Origin: Leptospira sp.
GTDB taxonomy: Bacteria > Spirochaetota > Leptospiria > Leptospirales > Leptospiraceae
Assembly (NCBI GenBank): GCA_034439575.1
Contig: JAWXAQ010000008.1
Coordinates: forward strand, 32,001-96,000
DNA: 64,000 nt
Direction of reading: 5' to 3'
Positions 11,183 to 22,956 of the stretch are shown here, piece after piece. The notes beneath the pieces were generated by a model. It saw only the letters and a program-made list of their open reading frames with translations, ran no database searches and was not told the DNA's origin. Numbering within the stretch: the first letter of the stretch is position 1; every line of letters starts with the position of its first letter. The position numbers were made by a program, and so were the translations under genes.

Positions 11183-11223
11183 AGTAGAATTCATATCATA
11201 TTAGAATGATTATGAATCCTACT
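11183..11223. terminator. imperfect inverted repeat downstream of the DUF805 gene
   Basis: AGTAG-a-ATTCATA-TCAT / ATGA-t-TATGAAT-c-CTACT. Confidence 0.45.
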
Positions 11224-11242
11224 ATTTGCTTATGTTATGTGA

Positions 11243-11551
11243 CTAAGCTTTTCCTTTTTGTGCCCAGAAATAGATTAGGACAAAAACCCCGATACCAGTG
11301 AGAGCGATAAGCATCCACCAGCCACTTTTTCCGATGTCGTGCAATCTACGAACACCAACTGCTAAGTAAGGAAGCAGGATCGCTAATGAAAATACACCGC
11401 CAGCGATTGGATGAATTTGATTGAGAATGTTACTCACTACAAAATTAAACAGGGCAAACCACCAGAACTCAGGACGAGCTGCAGTACCATTGAAGTCCAC
11501 ATATTTTGTGAAACATGTTTTTAGGGAATCTTGAATCTCTTGTAATACCAT
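11243..11551 (-). CDS. DUF805 (YhaH-like) membrane protein
   Basis: FNGTAARPEFWWF and LAVGVRRLHDIGKSGWW signature. Confidence 0.92.
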   Translation of the reverse strand: MVLQEIQDSLKTCFTKYVDFNGTAARPEFWWFALFNFVVSNILNQIHPIAGGVFSLAILLPYLAVGVRRLHDIGKSGWWMLIALTGIGVFVLIYFWAQKGKA

Positions 11552-11650
11552 ATCTTAATTATCCTTAAATCGAAATTTTTTATCTTTACGACCGAGTGAG
11601 AATCATATCCATTTTTAATCCGAAGTAAAGGAAAAAATTATATTTACATT

Positions 11651-12607
11651 ATGAAATATCAATTTGTACTCATTGCACTATTTTTGGTGAATCCAATGTA
11701 TGCTTTTGATTATCAGTTTATCGATGGAAGTGGGAATTCCTATAAAATAATTCAAGGATCGGGGATTCGTCTAAATTATGATCCCATCACTCCAGAAATG
11801 AGTTCGAGTGGCTTGTATTCAGGTGGTGAACCAAATTCAAGTTTGTTGGCTCCCGGACAATTGAAAGACTTCGAAAATTTGATCCAAACATTAAATCTCA
11901 AAGAAGGTAAGGCTCCTCCAGATCGAAAGAAAGGAACTTCTATTTTTATTAGGATTTCTGACAAAAAAACAGAGACTTTTCATTTTGTCATACATGATCC
12001 CAAGGCAAAAAAGATTGAAACTTTTTTGAAAGATTGTATAAAATCATCGAATGAGTCTGGAGAAATGAAACTCTCACCAACTAACAAATATTTGATTACT
12101 AGGGATGAAAGCCCTTGGAATGGAATGACAGGATCTTATGAAGAAGAAGAAAAAAGCAAAAAAATATTTGCACAAAACGCAAAAACAATAGGTTTGATCC
12201 CTATTTCTACTCCAAAAGAAATCATATTTCAAAACGAATCTTTACTATATTATACTCAAAATCCAAAGTCTGTAGTAGTGGACCAAAAATATTTTTCTAA
12301 TTTAACCCGAGTTGATGTTACAAAATTAAAAAAAGAAGAATCTTTGTTAATCGGAAATTATCATAAACAAAGCGGGATCAATGAACTAACTATCATTAAC
12401 TTTCTTATCAAAGGACAAATATTAATTTCCTATTGGCATATGGATGCCGAATTAAAATTTATCTCGGAAGAAAAATCTGTGCAGAAAAAATGTTTTTCTT
12501 TTTTAGGAAAACATCACTATTATACAAATGAAAAAAACACAGGGCATTATTCATTTAAACTTTGTTTAGATTCAGAAAATGGCGAGATAACTGTGATCGG
12601 AAATTGA
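11651..12607 (+). CDS. exported hypothetical protein
   Basis: 318-aa ORF with N-terminal signal peptide; no family recognised. Confidence 0.7.
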   Translation: MKYQFVLIALFLVNPMYAFDYQFIDGSGNSYKIIQGSGIRLNYDPITPEMSSSGLYSGGEPNSSLLAPGQLKDFENLIQTLNLKEGKAPPDRKKGTSIFIRISDKKTETFHFVIHDPKAKKIETFLKDCIKSSNESGEMKLSPTNKYLITRDESPWNGMTGSYEEEEKSKKIFAQNAKTIGLIPISTPKEIIFQNESLLYYTQNPKSVVVDQKYFSNLTRVDVTKLKKEESLLIGNYHKQSGINELTIINFLIKGQILISYWHMDAELKFISEEKSVQKKCFSFLGKHHYYTNEKNTGHYSFKLCLDSENGEITVIGN

Positions 12608-12610
12608 TTT

Positions 12611-14212
12611 TTAGTCTAAATTATGTAAAACAGTATCTATGCGAGATGGGGATCTGTCTTCTTTATAATCAGTACTAAAATGCAGACCACGACTTTCTTT
12701 TCTAAGCAGTGCAGATCTTACGATAAGGTCAGCAACTTTAACTAAATTTCTAAGTTCAAGTAGTCCCAGAGAAACAGTAGTTCGGTTGTAATAGTCTTTG
12801 ACTTCTTCTGAGATAAGGCTGAGTCTTCGTAAAGCTCGTTCTAATCGTAAATTGGACCTAACGATTCCCACATAATTACTCATAATAGTTTTAATTTCAC
12901 CTAGGTTATGCGAAATCAATACCCATTCTTCTGTATTTGTAGTGCCTTCTTTATTCCAATCTGGAATTTCTTTACTTTCCGAAGGAAATTGAAGTTTTCC
13001 TTGTTTTCGTATGTCATCTGCTATGCGATGAGAAAAAACGAGGCACTCCAATAAACTATTGGATGCGAGGCGATTCCCACCATGTACGCCAGTGCAAGTA
13101 GTTTCACCACAAGCATATAAATCCTGGATATTGGTTCTTCCAAAAAGATCCGTGGCCACCCCTCCACACATATAATGTGCCGCAGGCACTACTGGAATCG
13201 GGTCAGTGGTAATATCAATGCCTAGTTTTTTACATCTTTCATATATGGAAGGAAAGTGTTGGATGATATCATTGGCAGGTCGATGTGTGATGTCGAGAAG
13301 CACATAGGATTCTCCTCTTTTTTTCATCGTGTCGTCTATCGCTCGTGCTACGATGTCTCTAGGTGCGAGCTCTCCCATTTCATGATAATCCTTCATAAAA
13401 GGACGACCATTCATCTCCCGTAGGATGCCCCCATGACCGCGCACAGCTTCCGAAATTAAAAAGCTATTTCCTTGTTCATGGAAAAGAGAAGTAGGATGGA
13501 ACTGGTAAAATTCCATATTTTTAATCACAGCACCAGCCCGGTACGCACTAGCGACTCCATCACCTGTCGCAATACTAGGGTTAGTTGTATGTAGGTAGAC
13601 TTGTCCTGCACCACCAGTCGCAAGTAATGTTTTTTTAGCGATTACGGGGAATACTTCTGCAGTCTCTGTATCGACAATATAGGCCCCATAACATCGAAGG
13701 GGCAGACCTTCTTTGTTTTTTAAATGGTGGCGCGTCATTAAATCCACGCAGGCATGATTTTCTAAAATTTGAATGTTTGGTGTGGCGTGAACTGCATCTA
13801 ACAAGGCCGCTTCGACGGCACTACCTGTACGATCATGTGAATGTACGATTCTATTTTTTCTATGACCACCTTCTCGTGCGAGATCCAAATTCCCAGAATC
13901 ATCCTTGGTAAATGGCACTCCGATATCCAGGAGTTCTCTCACCCGAGTGGGCCCTTCTTCTACAAGCACACGTACGGCATCTAAATCACATAGACCCGCA
14001 CCAGCACTCAGAGTATCTTCAATATGTTCTTCGAATTTATCTTTGTCATCAAAAACGGATGCAATACCACCTTGCGCATAATTGGTGTTTGATTCGTAGT
14101 CAGCTTTTTTTGTAACAACAACAACACTTCCCAAAGGAGCGAGTTTTAGGGCACTAAATAGCCCACTGACTCCACTCCCAATAATTAGAAAGTCGGTGGT
14201 AATCCGATTCAC
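12611..14212 (-). CDS. nadB: L-aspartate oxidase
   Basis: [67 protein letters not shown]. Confidence 0.96.
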   Translation of the reverse strand: MNRITTDFLIIGSGVSGLFSALKLAPLGSVVVVTKKADYESNTNYAQGGIASVFDDKDKFEEHIEDTLSAGAGLCDLDAVRVLVEEGPTRVRELLDIGVPFTKDDSGNLDLAREGGHRKNRIVHSHDRTGSAVEAALLDAVHATPNIQILENHACVDLMTRHHLKNKEGLPLRCYGAYIVDTETAEVFPVIAKKTLLATGGAGQVYLHTTNPSIATGDGVASAYRAGAVIKNMEFYQFHPTSLFHEQGNSFLISEAVRGHGGILREMNGRPFMKDYHEMGELAPRDIVARAIDDTMKKRGESYVLLDITHRPANDIIQHFPSIYERCKKLGIDITTDPIPVVPAAHYMCGGVATDLFGRTNIQDLYACGETTCTGVHGGNRLASNSLLECLVFSHRIADDIRKQGKLQFPSESKEIPDWNKEGTTNTEEWVLISHNLGEIKTIMSNYVGIVRSNLRLERALRRLSLISEEVKDYYNRTTVSLGLLELRNLVKVADLIVRSALLRKESRGLHFSTDYKEDRSPSRIDTVLHNLD

Positions 14213-16053
14213 TTGGTATTTAAAAAACCTTCTATATAGTCCACTGCTCTTACTAACATATAGTCTGGTTTGATCGCATCACTTGAGTGTTGTTTTAAAA
14301 ATGTGTCTGCTTTTCCATTTTTCTTCACATAGTTTTTGATGGCTTCGATATTGAACTTTGATTTAACAATGCCTTCATGTGGGATTTTAGGTAAGTGGTT
14401 CCACATATCTTCTTCCCGGTAACGGAAGGGAAATCCACCATCGGCTTCTTCTGAAAGTTCGATATCTGGACTCACACCTACAACCTGGATTGTTTTGCCA
14501 GACGGAGCATAATATCTTGAATTTGTGAGTTTTAGCACATAATCGTCATTACCTGGCAGTGGATCGATTAACCTTTGTACAGTGGCTTTTCCAAAAGTTC
14601 TTTCTCCGAGAAGTAAACCACGGCCGTGATGTTGGATAGCACTTGCCACAATTTCCGATGCAGATGCTGATTTTGCATTGATAAGAACAACTAGCGGTAG
14701 TTTTGTGATATCTTCTTTGTTTGCGTATTGGTCATCAGAGGATGTACGATTTGGAACTTTTGTTGATACGATAAGGCCTTTGGAAATAAACATATCTGCT
14801 ATATCTACCGCTAAGTCCAAATACCCGCCTGAGTTATTGCGGAGATCAAGAACGAGCGCTTTCATTTCTTTACCGTTCGCTTTTGCTTCTTCTTCTAATG
14901 CTCGTAATCCTTTTACGATTTGGGATTCGACAGGCTCTTCACCGTTCGCTTTGACAAAGCCAGTTAATTTGATATAACCAATTTGTGGATTTTCTTTGAG
15001 CAAGTGGTGAGTCACATTTTTGATTGTGATTTTATCTCGTATCACTTCGATATCAAGACTTGCCGTATTTCCTTTTCGTTTGATCGTGAGTACAACTTTT
15101 GTGGCTTTTTTGCTTTTGATTTTTTTAACAACTTTGTCGAGGGATTGGCCTTTGATCAGTTTATTGTCAACAGCCACGATGATATCACCTGAACGAATTC
15201 CTGCTTTAACAGCTGGGCTACCTTCAAGTGGGCTTTCTACTATCACTTCTCTTGTGCCACCGCCAGATAGTATAGCGCCGATGCCTTCAAAAGAACCATC
15301 AGAGATCTTTGCCATCGACTCTTCCCACATTTCTTTCAAAAAAACACTAGAATGTGGATCGAGAGAATTAAGATAACCGTTTGCAGCAGCGAGGAACACT
15401 TGTTCCATGGAAAATTCTTTTTTATCTTCTTCTGGCTCTTCTTCTAGGTCACCATCAAGTTCTGCGAGACCCTTTAGAACAGGAGTATTGTAAGTGGAAA
15501 GATTATCTTTTACATAAGTAATCACTCGATCAAAATCTTTTTTAGTAAAATTGATCTCTTCCCATTTAGCGGAGATTACAGATTTCTTTAATTTTTCTTT
15601 CTCTATCAGTTTTTTTAATTCTTCATCAGAAAGTTTTTTATTTTCATTCTTTTTGATTTTTTCTTTCTGAATTTTTTCAACCTGATCATAATCTGGATCA
15701 AATAATACGAATTTGTCGGAAGGAGAAATCTTAAATGATTTTCCTGGATACATTTCCTCTTTGTCTTCGTATTTATCTCTTTCATTGAAATAACTTTCAG
15801 GATAAAGATAAAGCGGATGAGGCATCGTCATCACTGCATAAACGGCCGCATCGGTGAAGGCACGATTTTTGTTAATATTTTTGTCAATGTAGTATTTGTC
15901 GATGGAGTCGACAACTTGTTCAAAGTCAGAATAAGTAAAATCAGTATCCCTTTTGGGAGCTTTTTTAGCTTCTCTTTCGCAAGATATAAATCCAGCGGGC
16001 ATTGTGAAACTAAGGAGTAAGAATATGGAAATTAAATAAAGATTTCGTCTCAA
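14209..16053 (-). CDS. S41 family C-terminal processing protease (PDZ + S41), probable lipoprotein
   Basis: LDPHS, FEGIGA PDZ entry, [18 protein letters not shown] (Ser), TFGKATVQ (Lys). Confidence 0.92.
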   Translation of the reverse strand: MRRNLYLISIFLLLSFTMPAGFISCEREAKKAPKRDTDFTYSDFEQVVDSIDKYYIDKNINKNRAFTDAAVYAVMTMPHPLYLYPESYFNERDKYEDKEEMYPGKSFKISPSDKFVLFDPDYDQVEKIQKEKIKKNENKKLSDEELKKLIEKEKLKKSVISAKWEEINFTKKDFDRVITYVKDNLSTYNTPVLKGLAELDGDLEEEPEEDKKEFSMEQVFLAAANGYLNSLDPHSSVFLKEMWEESMAKISDGSFEGIGAILSGGGTREVIVESPLEGSPAVKAGIRSGDIIVAVDNKLIKGQSLDKVVKKIKSKKATKVVLTIKRKGNTASLDIEVIRDKITIKNVTHHLLKENPQIGYIKLTGFVKANGEEPVESQIVKGLRALEEEAKANGKEMKALVLDLRNNSGGYLDLAVDIADMFISKGLIVSTKVPNRTSSDDQYANKEDITKLPLVVLINAKSASASEIVASAIQHHGRGLLLGERTFGKATVQRLIDPLPGNDDYVLKLTNSRYYAPSGKTIQVVGVSPDIELSEEADGGFPFRYREEDMWNHLPKIPHEGIVKSKFNIEAIKNYVKKNGKADTFLKQHSSDAIKPDYMLVRAVDYIEGFLNTK

Positions 16054-16166
16054 GGGAACTCTCTGCTTTTGTGGTGTAATTATTCAAGGAAATCTTAAAT
16101 TTCCAGACTGGGCAACTGAAAAAACATAAGACAAACCTCGAATCTGATTATAAGGTAGACATTGTT

Positions 16167-17102
16167 ATGCACCGATTTGGCCCGATTCTTTTTTTTACTG
16201 CACTATTTTTTTCCTGCATCGGCAATGGGAATCATCCAACCAGTGATCCTTATAGCTTAGAAACTCTGACATTTCTAGAAGAAGTGCTTTTGGATGTCTG
16301 GGAAAGCAGTGAAAGTCGCGAACCAGCCCTGACTCGCCTAAGATATGTCTGTCGAAATCAAGACACAGATGATGGTTTTTTGTGTTATACTTTAGGTCTC
16401 ATAGAGTACAAGAGGGGCAATTTTAACGATAGCTATACGGCTTTCAAAAAGGCACTCGAGAAAAATCCAAATGATTCCCTATATAAAAATCTACTCAGAC
16501 TCTCTGCCGAAAGGTCAGAAAATTTGTCAGATTTAGCCGCTATGAATGAAGAAGGTCGGGTTCAGGCACTTTATTCTGCTACAATCGTAAATTGCCATTC
16601 CCAAACAAAACAAGAAGAACATTTTCCGAGTTTCTTGGCCCTTGCCAAAGAAGGTCACCTTACGCAAGATATGCTAAAAAAAGGTGTGTTTTCTCATTGT
16701 TATTCAAAGTTAACGGAAACAGAAAAATCTGAAATCACTAAGCATGTAAAACCAAGTCGGATCAATTATGCAGAAAGGGCAGTGGCAGACAAAGTCAAAT
16801 CAGATCCCTTTTCAAAAGTTTGGGATACATCCTATTTTCATAAAGGGGTAGAGCCAAAAGATGGATTTACCTATTCGCATCCAATTTCCGAAGTTTGGCG
16901 AAAGCTAAAAATGGCCGCAAAAGCGGGAGATCAAACTTCAGCCCGCAATTATTTAAAACAATTCCAATCCGAAATCCAAACTGCAAAAAAGAGAGGAAAA
17001 ACCGAAGCAGGGCTTGCCTTGGCACTGGAGAGATCCGCCAAACTTTTATTAGAACAAGACCCTTATTATACCAAAGTTAGTTTTTTATCGAAAGAACTTT
17101 GA
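16167..17102 (+). CDS. TPR-containing lipoprotein
   Basis: Lipobox FFSC; TPR-like YTLGLIEYKRGNFNDSYTAFKKALEKNP. Confidence 0.7.
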   Translation: MHRFGPILFFTALFFSCIGNGNHPTSDPYSLETLTFLEEVLLDVWESSESREPALTRLRYVCRNQDTDDGFLCYTLGLIEYKRGNFNDSYTAFKKALEKNPNDSLYKNLLRLSAERSENLSDLAAMNEEGRVQALYSATIVNCHSQTKQEEHFPSFLALAKEGHLTQDMLKKGVFSHCYSKLTETEKSEITKHVKPSRINYAERAVADKVKSDPFSKVWDTSYFHKGVEPKDGFTYSHPISEVWRKLKMAAKAGDQTSARNYLKQFQSEIQTAKKRGKTEAGLALALERSAKLLLEQDPYYTKVSFLSKEL

Positions 17103-17838
17103 GATAATCTTTAATCGTTTGGTCCATACCGTCAATTAATGCCTGTGATACGAGACGATGGCCTATGGAAACTTCTGCTAGGTGAGGCAATTTAGCAAAG
17201 ACAGTAAGATTGTTTGTATCAAGGTCATGCCCCGCATTGATTCCAAGCCCTAAGGAATGAGCAAGATTTGCTGCCGATTCATATTCTTTAAAAAAAACTT
17301 TTCCAGATTCGGCAGATTTATCATACGCATGGGCAAAAGGTCCTGTATAAAGTTCAATTCTATCTGCCCCTATGGCTTTTGCGATTTCGTAGCCTTCAGT
17401 ATCGGTATCCATAAAAAGGGAAATGCGAAGGCCAATGGGTTTACATGCCTCGATGGCCTTGATGACGGCCGCTTTTTCGCCCTTATGAAATAAATTAAAT
17501 CCATGGTCAGAGGTAATTTCACCTGGGATCACTGGAACTAAAGTCACTTGGTCGGGTTTCGTTTCCAGGACAAGTTTCATAAAACGATCGCTAGGTTCCC
17601 CTTCGATATTGAATTCTTTTTTGGAATTGTGTTTTTGGTTGTAATTGAGTAAAAAATCTTTGATGGCAAAAACATCTTCTGTTGTGATATGGCGTTCGTC
17701 TTCTCTCGGGTGAATGGTGATTCCGTCTGCCCCCGCATCTAAGATAATTTCGCAAAAATGCGTGACACTGGGTATTTTACCCCCTCTAGAATTTCGTAGA
17801 GTGGCTATTTTGTTTACATTTACACTTAATTGGGTCAT
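17077..17838 (-). CDS. pdxJ: pyridoxine 5'-phosphate synthase
   Basis: LSVNVNKIATLRNSRG, GITIHPREDERHI, IELYTG, INAGHDL, EVSIGH. Confidence 0.96.
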   Translation of the reverse strand: MTQLSVNVNKIATLRNSRGGKIPSVTHFCEIILDAGADGITIHPREDERHITTEDVFAIKDFLLNYNQKHNSKKEFNIEGEPSDRFMKLVLETKPDQVTLVPVIPGEITSDHGFNLFHKGEKAAVIKAIEACKPIGLRISLFMDTDTEGYEIAKAIGADRIELYTGPFAHAYDKSAESGKVFFKEYESAANLAHSLGLGINAGHDLDTNNLTVFAKLPHLAEVSIGHRLVSQALIDGMDQTIKDYLKVLSIKN

Positions 17839-17943
17839 ATTAAAAAAAATACTTTCCTATAAATTAATTCCAGGAGAAAAACGTCAAATTTCAAAAAGGT
17901 TGTCCCGTGACAGGGGTCTCAAAAGATCGTCAAAAGTACTCCT

Positions 17944-18450
17944 ATGGTAGCAAAGAAAGCATTGAAAAAATCAGCCCCATCGGCGAAGAAAAAAGCACCA
18001 GCCAAAGAAAAGCCTGTAAAGGCAAATAAACCGGCTGGTAAAAATGAGGATAAATCAAAATCCTCTGCGGCGGCAAAACCTGCCCCTAAGTCAAAGTTAT
18101 CTACCCCAGCACCAAAAAGTGCTGGAAAAGAAAAAATTTCTACATCAGGTGCCACAAACACACCAAAAGCGAAGGCCGAAATCAGTTCGAATGGACCCCT
18201 TGGAAAAAAATTCTCCTGTTACTCTTGTAATACAAAATTTTACGATTTAAATAAACCGGAAAAAAAATGTCCCAAATGCGGTGCTGACCAATTGGCAAAA
18301 CCCGCGATCAAATCCAGGTTAGCTGCGATTCGTCAAAGTGAATACGAGGTCGATGAAGAAGAACCAGTTGTGGAAGATGATGAAATCTTAGAAGAAGCAG
18401 AAGAAATCGAAGAGACAGATGAAGAAGAGGTTGTAGCAGAAGAAGAATAG
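17944..18450 (+). CDS. TIGR02300/FYDLN-acid family protein with Lys/Ala/Pro-rich N-terminus
   Basis: [28 protein letters not shown] zinc-ribbon motif and Glu/Asp-rich tail. Confidence 0.85.
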   Translation: MVAKKALKKSAPSAKKKAPAKEKPVKANKPAGKNEDKSKSSAAAKPAPKSKLSTPAPKSAGKEKISTSGATNTPKAKAEISSNGPLGKKFSCYSCNTKFYDLNKPEKKCPKCGADQLAKPAIKSRLAAIRQSEYEVDEEEPVVEDDEILEEAEEIEETDEEEVVAEEE

Positions 18451-18492
18451 CTACCCTTACAAAAATCAATTATTGATTTCTGTAAAACATTC

Positions 18493-19398
18493 ATGTCTCC
18501 CGTTTCAAATGTTCTCCCCATTCTTGCCGGACCAACTGGATCCGGCAAAACTTCTCTCGTCACTTCCTTATCCTCAGATGTTTTTGAAGTCGTATCTTTT
18601 GATTCGCGTCAAGTTTTTGCAGAATTGCCAATTGGTACAACCTTACCCACTCCCGAAGAACAAAAAAAAATGCCGCAACATTTGGTCGGTATCTTAAAGG
18701 CAAATGAAGAAATTAATGCAAGGGTATATTCGGAACTAGCAAAAGAAGCCATCAATGTTATATGGGGCAAGGGCAAAATTCCACTACTTGTTTGTGGGAG
18801 CGGTTTTTATTTGCGAGCTTTTTTGAACGGAATGTATCCAGTCCCTCTTGTCACACCCGAAATAAGAAGTGAAGCACAAAACATGGATTTGGTGAAAGCC
18901 ATTCAATTCATCAAATCCAAAGATCCATTAGCATTAACAAATATTGATTCTGCCGACGAATATAGAGTGAAACGAATTTTAGAAGTTTTGCTATCTGGTG
19001 ATACATGGACAAACATTTCGCAAACGACAACCGGAGGATTTTTAAAGGAACATCCTCATCTTTCTGTTCTGGGCTTTTGGTTGGATTGGCCAAGACCAGA
19101 ATTGTACACTCGGATCAATAAAAGAGTGCCTGAACTAATTTCGGGAATGTTAACAGAATCGAAATTTGTAATAAAGGAATACGGAATGGATTGCCCAGGG
19201 CTCAAATCTTTGGGTTATAATTTTGCGCTTGATTTCTTGAATGGAAATATTGATACTAATGCATTCATCGAACGTTTGGCACAGTCGCACAGAAACTATG
19301 CGAAAAGACAAGTGACTTGGTTTCGAAAAGACCCTATCCTCAGATCCATTTCATGGAATGAGGCGTTTGATGAATTAAAAAAAATAGAAAAAATATAG
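18493..19398 (+). CDS. miaA: tRNA dimethylallyltransferase
   Basis: [34 protein letters not shown]; adjacent to hfq. Confidence 0.95.
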   Translation: MSPVSNVLPILAGPTGSGKTSLVTSLSSDVFEVVSFDSRQVFAELPIGTTLPTPEEQKKMPQHLVGILKANEEINARVYSELAKEAINVIWGKGKIPLLVCGSGFYLRAFLNGMYPVPLVTPEIRSEAQNMDLVKAIQFIKSKDPLALTNIDSADEYRVKRILEVLLSGDTWTNISQTTTGGFLKEHPHLSVLGFWLDWPRPELYTRINKRVPELISGMLTESKFVIKEYGMDCPGLKSLGYNFALDFLNGNIDTNAFIERLAQSHRNYAKRQVTWFRKDPILRSISWNEAFDELKKIEKI

Positions 19399-19415
19399 AA
19401 AATACTCGGGATCCC

Positions 19416-19661
19416 ATGTCTGCAAAAAACAATATCCAAGACCAACTTTTAAACACTGCTCGTAAGGAAAAAATTGACCTCACAATTTACTTGTTAAATG
19501 GAGTTCCTCTCAAAGGGAAAGTTGTTAGTTTTGATAATTTTACCATTATCTTAGAAAACGACGCAAAACAAAATCTCGTTTATAAACATGCCATCTCGAC
19601 CATCATCCCAGCAAAGCCGATTAAGTTGCATTCGGAAGATGCACCAAAGGATGGGGTTTAA
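19416..19661 (+). CDS. hfq: RNA chaperone Hfq
   Basis: [36 protein letters not shown]. Confidence 0.96.
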   Translation: MSAKNNIQDQLLNTARKEKIDLTIYLLNGVPLKGKVVSFDNFTIILENDAKQNLVYKHAISTIIPAKPIKLHSEDAPKDGV

Positions 19662-19680
19662 ACACCCTTTTTCTTTTCTA
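19653..19680 (+). terminator. possible intrinsic terminator overlapping the hfq stop codon
   Basis: GGGGTTTAAACACCC followed by TTTTTCTTTTC. Confidence 0.45.
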
Positions 19681-19736
19681 GTTTTCGATTTGGTTCGTTT
19701 CTAAAATCTGGCTGTAAACTAGTATCCTTTGAATTT

Positions 19737-20807
19737 ATGGCAAAATTACAAAAAGAATTACCCGTCGTTTTAATTATGGCTGGGGGGAAGGGAGAGAGAT
19801 TTTGGCCCCGATCTCGCACCAACTCACCAAAACAACTCCAAAAGGTTTATTCAAATAAAACCCTTTTGAAAGAAACCATCGATCGTGCGTTAACGATCAC
19901 AAGTCTCGATCGCATTTTTATAGGAACAAATGCAAATCTAAAGAGCGAGATTTTAAAAAGAGACCCTAAATTTCCTTCTAATAATTTTATCATTGAACCT
20001 GAAGGTAAAAACACAGCTCCCATCATTGCACTTTCAGCTCTTTACTTTCAAAAGAAATTCGGCAATCCAAATCTTATTGTTTTATCTGCTGATGCATTTA
20101 TTGATCCAGTAAAAGAATTTACTAAGACCATCCAACAAGCATTATTCGAAACAGAACATGGGCTTGTTTTGTTAGGTGTGAAACCAAATCGTCCAGAAGT
20201 GGGATATGGTTATATCAGCGCGGGAAAACCTACGGAAGTGGGATTTCAAGTGAAGGCATTTTTTGAAAAGCCCGATCTCAAAACAGCACTCAAATACATT
20301 AAAAAATCAAATTTCTATTGGAACCCAGGTATTTTCCTATTTAGAGTGGAAATGATTCTTTCCGAATTTGAAAAACATGCTCCTGGTATATTACAAACCT
20401 TAAAGAATGGTTTTCCATTTAAGAATTTTGGGGATCTTAAAAATGCCTTTGCCATCCTTCCTAGCGAAGCGATTGATACCGCCATTATGGAAAAAAGCAC
20501 TCGCATTCGCATGGTGGAAGCGAGCTTCCAATGGGACGATGTGGGCTCATGGATGTCACTAGAACGGATCTTGCCTGGGGATGCGAACAAGAACCACCAC
20601 CAAGGAAAGGAAGTTTATTACCATAAAGCCAAGGGAAATATCTCTTCGGTGCAAAAAGACCTCGTTGCTTTTTTAGGCGTGAATGATTTAATCGTCGTAG
20701 AGGAACCAGATGTACTCTTTGTATCTTCGAGAGAAGGCTTGGCGGATATTAAATCCATGCTCGCTTCCATGAGGAAAAATAAAGTTTTACAAAAGTACCT
20801 TGATTAG
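19737..20807 (+). CDS. manC: mannose-1-phosphate guanylyltransferase
   Basis: [46 protein letters not shown]. Confidence 0.9.
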   Translation: MAKLQKELPVVLIMAGGKGERFWPRSRTNSPKQLQKVYSNKTLLKETIDRALTITSLDRIFIGTNANLKSEILKRDPKFPSNNFIIEPEGKNTAPIIALSALYFQKKFGNPNLIVLSADAFIDPVKEFTKTIQQALFETEHGLVLLGVKPNRPEVGYGYISAGKPTEVGFQVKAFFEKPDLKTALKYIKKSNFYWNPGIFLFRVEMILSEFEKHAPGILQTLKNGFPFKNFGDLKNAFAILPSEAIDTAIMEKSTRIRMVEASFQWDDVGSWMSLERILPGDANKNHHQGKEVYYHKAKGNISSVQKDLVAFLGVNDLIVVEEPDVLFVSSREGLADIKSMLASMRKNKVLQKYLD

Positions 20808-20843
20808 AAATTTGGCTTAAACGGCCTAAGTAAGGAGGAAGGA

Positions 20844-20936
20844 ATGCCTTCCGGAAAAAAGAGAAAGCGCAGAAAAATTGCCACCCACAAACGTAAGAAG
20901 AAAAGAAGAGCCAACCGACACAAAAAGAAGAAATAA
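20844..20936 (+). CDS. 30-aa basic protein, 30S ribosomal protein bS22 / AURKAIP1-COX24 (mS38) family; absent from the ORF track
   Basis: My translation: MPSGKKRKRRKIATHKRKKKRRANRHKKKK; strong SD TAAGGAGG at 20831-20838. Confidence 0.88.
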   Translation: MPSGKKRKRRKIATHKRKKKRRANRHKKKK

Positions 20937-20977
20937 TCTTCCTTCAGTGACTTTCTCTTTCCTCCGATAGATTTGCT

Positions 20978-21712
20978 ATGAAGCAAGTCTGGAGGAAGCA
21001 GAAACCCCGTACACCTGGTTTCATCCGAGCCTTTACCACAGTGACCCCTCTAGGAGATATCCTTGAGGCAGAGTTTAACTTTCACGAGAGGCTCGTTCGA
21101 CTAACAGCAGAAATAAAAGAAGAAAGGGGTCGCATTTACGCGACCACGATTCGTAACGGAGTTGTACTCCAAGAAAAAGACGTCTCCTCAGGTCGTGCCT
21201 ATCCCGTTTTTCGTAAGATCTGGCCATTCCGAGAGTATTATTCAGCTATCCCCGATAAAGACCTTGTTGCGACCATAGGTGGCTCATATGAGATCTATTC
21301 GCCATCGGATCCCAAAGATGCAGAAGAGGGAGCCTATCGGCGCGGTAGGAGTTCTGATTCTCCTTATTCGACAAAGTATGACTCTGTCTTTGGCATCATA
21401 CGAGAAACACGATTTCAAAAATGGCTAAGAAAAAGAAGAGAGGCAAAACTTTTACGAGGCACACTTTGGGAGAGATTCAAACGAAGGATCTGGGGTGATT
21501 TACAGGATTTATGCCTTGGTGTAGGACTTGCCTCCTTTGTTTATTATGCTTATTATGATTATGTCTTACTTGGTTGGAGTTTGGCATGTATGGGAATGGT
21601 TGTAGGACTACTTGATTTCCTTGTAAGAAAACGTTCCGTGTTATTTACAAAAGTGTTGTCTTTTCTATCCCTTGGTTCATATTTTTTCTATAATGGTTAC
21701 GTCTATTTTTAA
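20978..21712 (+). CDS. hypothetical protein with C-terminal membrane segments
   Basis: 244-aa ORF, soluble N-terminus, basic helix, about three TM segments at the C-terminus. Confidence 0.75.
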   Translation: MKQVWRKQKPRTPGFIRAFTTVTPLGDILEAEFNFHERLVRLTAEIKEERGRIYATTIRNGVVLQEKDVSSGRAYPVFRKIWPFREYYSAIPDKDLVATIGGSYEIYSPSDPKDAEEGAYRRGRSSDSPYSTKYDSVFGIIRETRFQKWLRKRREAKLLRGTLWERFKRRIWGDLQDLCLGVGLASFVYYAYYDYVLLGWSLACMGMVVGLLDFLVRKRSVLFTKVLSFLSLGSYFFYNGYVYF

Positions 21713-21734
21713 GACGGCAACCTCATAGAAAAAT

Positions 21735-22217
21735 ATGGCAAAAGAATCATCAAGTAGCAATCAATTCATTCACGAACAGTACATTATCTTTAATTTAGGC
21801 GATGAGGAATATGCGATACCTATCACTATCGTAGAAGAAATTGTCAAGATTACAAATCTCATTCGCATTCCCCAGTCTAAGAGCTATTTTGCGGGCATTA
21901 TGGATATCAGAGGTAAGGTGGTAAGAATGATTGACCTTACAAAAAGGTTAAACATTCGTAATGCGAATGCAGTTGAAAATGCAGAGCGTGCCATTGTAAT
22001 CAACATTGCAGGAAAATCTGTGGGTGTGATTGTGGACAAAGTATCTCATGTGATCCACTTTCCAGCAAATCAAGTGGATCCGCCTCCACCTTCTGTGAAG
22101 GGGATATCGTCTCGTTATATTACGGGAGTGGGAAAAAAAGATAATCGATTCATCATTTTGATAGATATTGAAAAAATTTTGACAGTAGAAGAAATTTCAG
22201 AGCTCGCAGTTGTTTAA
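21735..22217 (+). CDS. cheW: chemotaxis coupling protein CheW
   Basis: [42 protein letters not shown]. Confidence 0.93.
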   Translation: MAKESSSSNQFIHEQYIIFNLGDEEYAIPITIVEEIVKITNLIRIPQSKSYFAGIMDIRGKVVRMIDLTKRLNIRNANAVENAERAIVINIAGKSVGVIVDKVSHVIHFPANQVDPPPPSVKGISSRYITGVGKKDNRFIILIDIEKILTVEEISELAVV

Positions 22218-22232
22218 ATAGATTAGAACTCT

Positions 22233-22946
22233 ATGATTATTTCTAAGTTTTATTACCTACGCAAAAACCTTTATACTATGGCGGAACTGGTGTTAGAGCA
22301 GGTAATATTACTTAGCGAGGCATTGGAAAATGATGACTACGACCAAGCCAATCAAATCGTAGAACGAGACGACTTGATAGACAATCTAGAAAAAGAAAAT
22401 GATAACCTTTCCCAAATTGCGATCCTTGAGGCGATTACAAATCGAAATATCCTCGGGATGGGCAATGTGGATAACGAGATCATTTTAAAGAAAGACCCGC
22501 TTCGCTTTGCCCTTTCTGCGATCCGGATCACAAGAAATATGGAACGTATGGGTGACCAAGTTGTCAATTGTGCGGAAGTATTTCGTTATAAAACAATTCG
22601 CCCTGGACTCTTTAAAAAAGAAGAACCTATGGGTCTGATACTTTCTCGTGTGACTACTCTCGCGGGGATGGCTATCGAATCTCTCGTTGAAGAAAAAGAA
22701 AGATTTATGGGAAGTGTGAATACCATCGAAGACGAGTTAAACGGTCTTTGTGATGATGCATTTCGCAAATACAGAGAATCGGATATGGCAAAAAATGAGT
22801 TTGCCGATGTATATCGTATTATTTTGGCTTTGGAAAGACTGGGTGATTATGCTGTGAATGTTGCCGAAGAGCTTGTTCGACTCAACACAGGTAAGGACAT
22901 TCGTCATTTAGAAAATACAAGCAGTGGGGCTGGAAAATTTCCTTAG
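22233..22946 (+). CDS. phoU: PhoU family phosphate regulator
   Basis: Two repeats with DDLIDNLE / [10 protein letters not shown] and EDELN / [13 protein letters not shown]. Confidence 0.85.
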   Translation: MIISKFYYLRKNLYTMAELVLEQVILLSEALENDDYDQANQIVERDDLIDNLEKENDNLSQIAILEAITNRNILGMGNVDNEIILKKDPLRFALSAIRITRNMERMGDQVVNCAEVFRYKTIRPGLFKKEEPMGLILSRVTTLAGMAIESLVEEKERFMGSVNTIEDELNGLCDDAFRKYRESDMAKNEFADVYRIILALERLGDYAVNVAEELVRLNTGKDIRHLENTSSGAGKFP

Positions 22947-22956
22947 AGGAATAGAA

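Noticed and set aside
11100-11210. Tiny plus-strand ORFs (12-13 codons) near an SD-like AGGAG
   Set aside because: Too short, antisense to the flanking genes' direction, and partly explained by the downstream hairpin.
20804-20986. 60-aa minus-strand Phe/Leu-rich ORF
   Set aside because: Antisense mirror of the Lys/Arg-rich bS22-like gene, which has the SD and family pattern.
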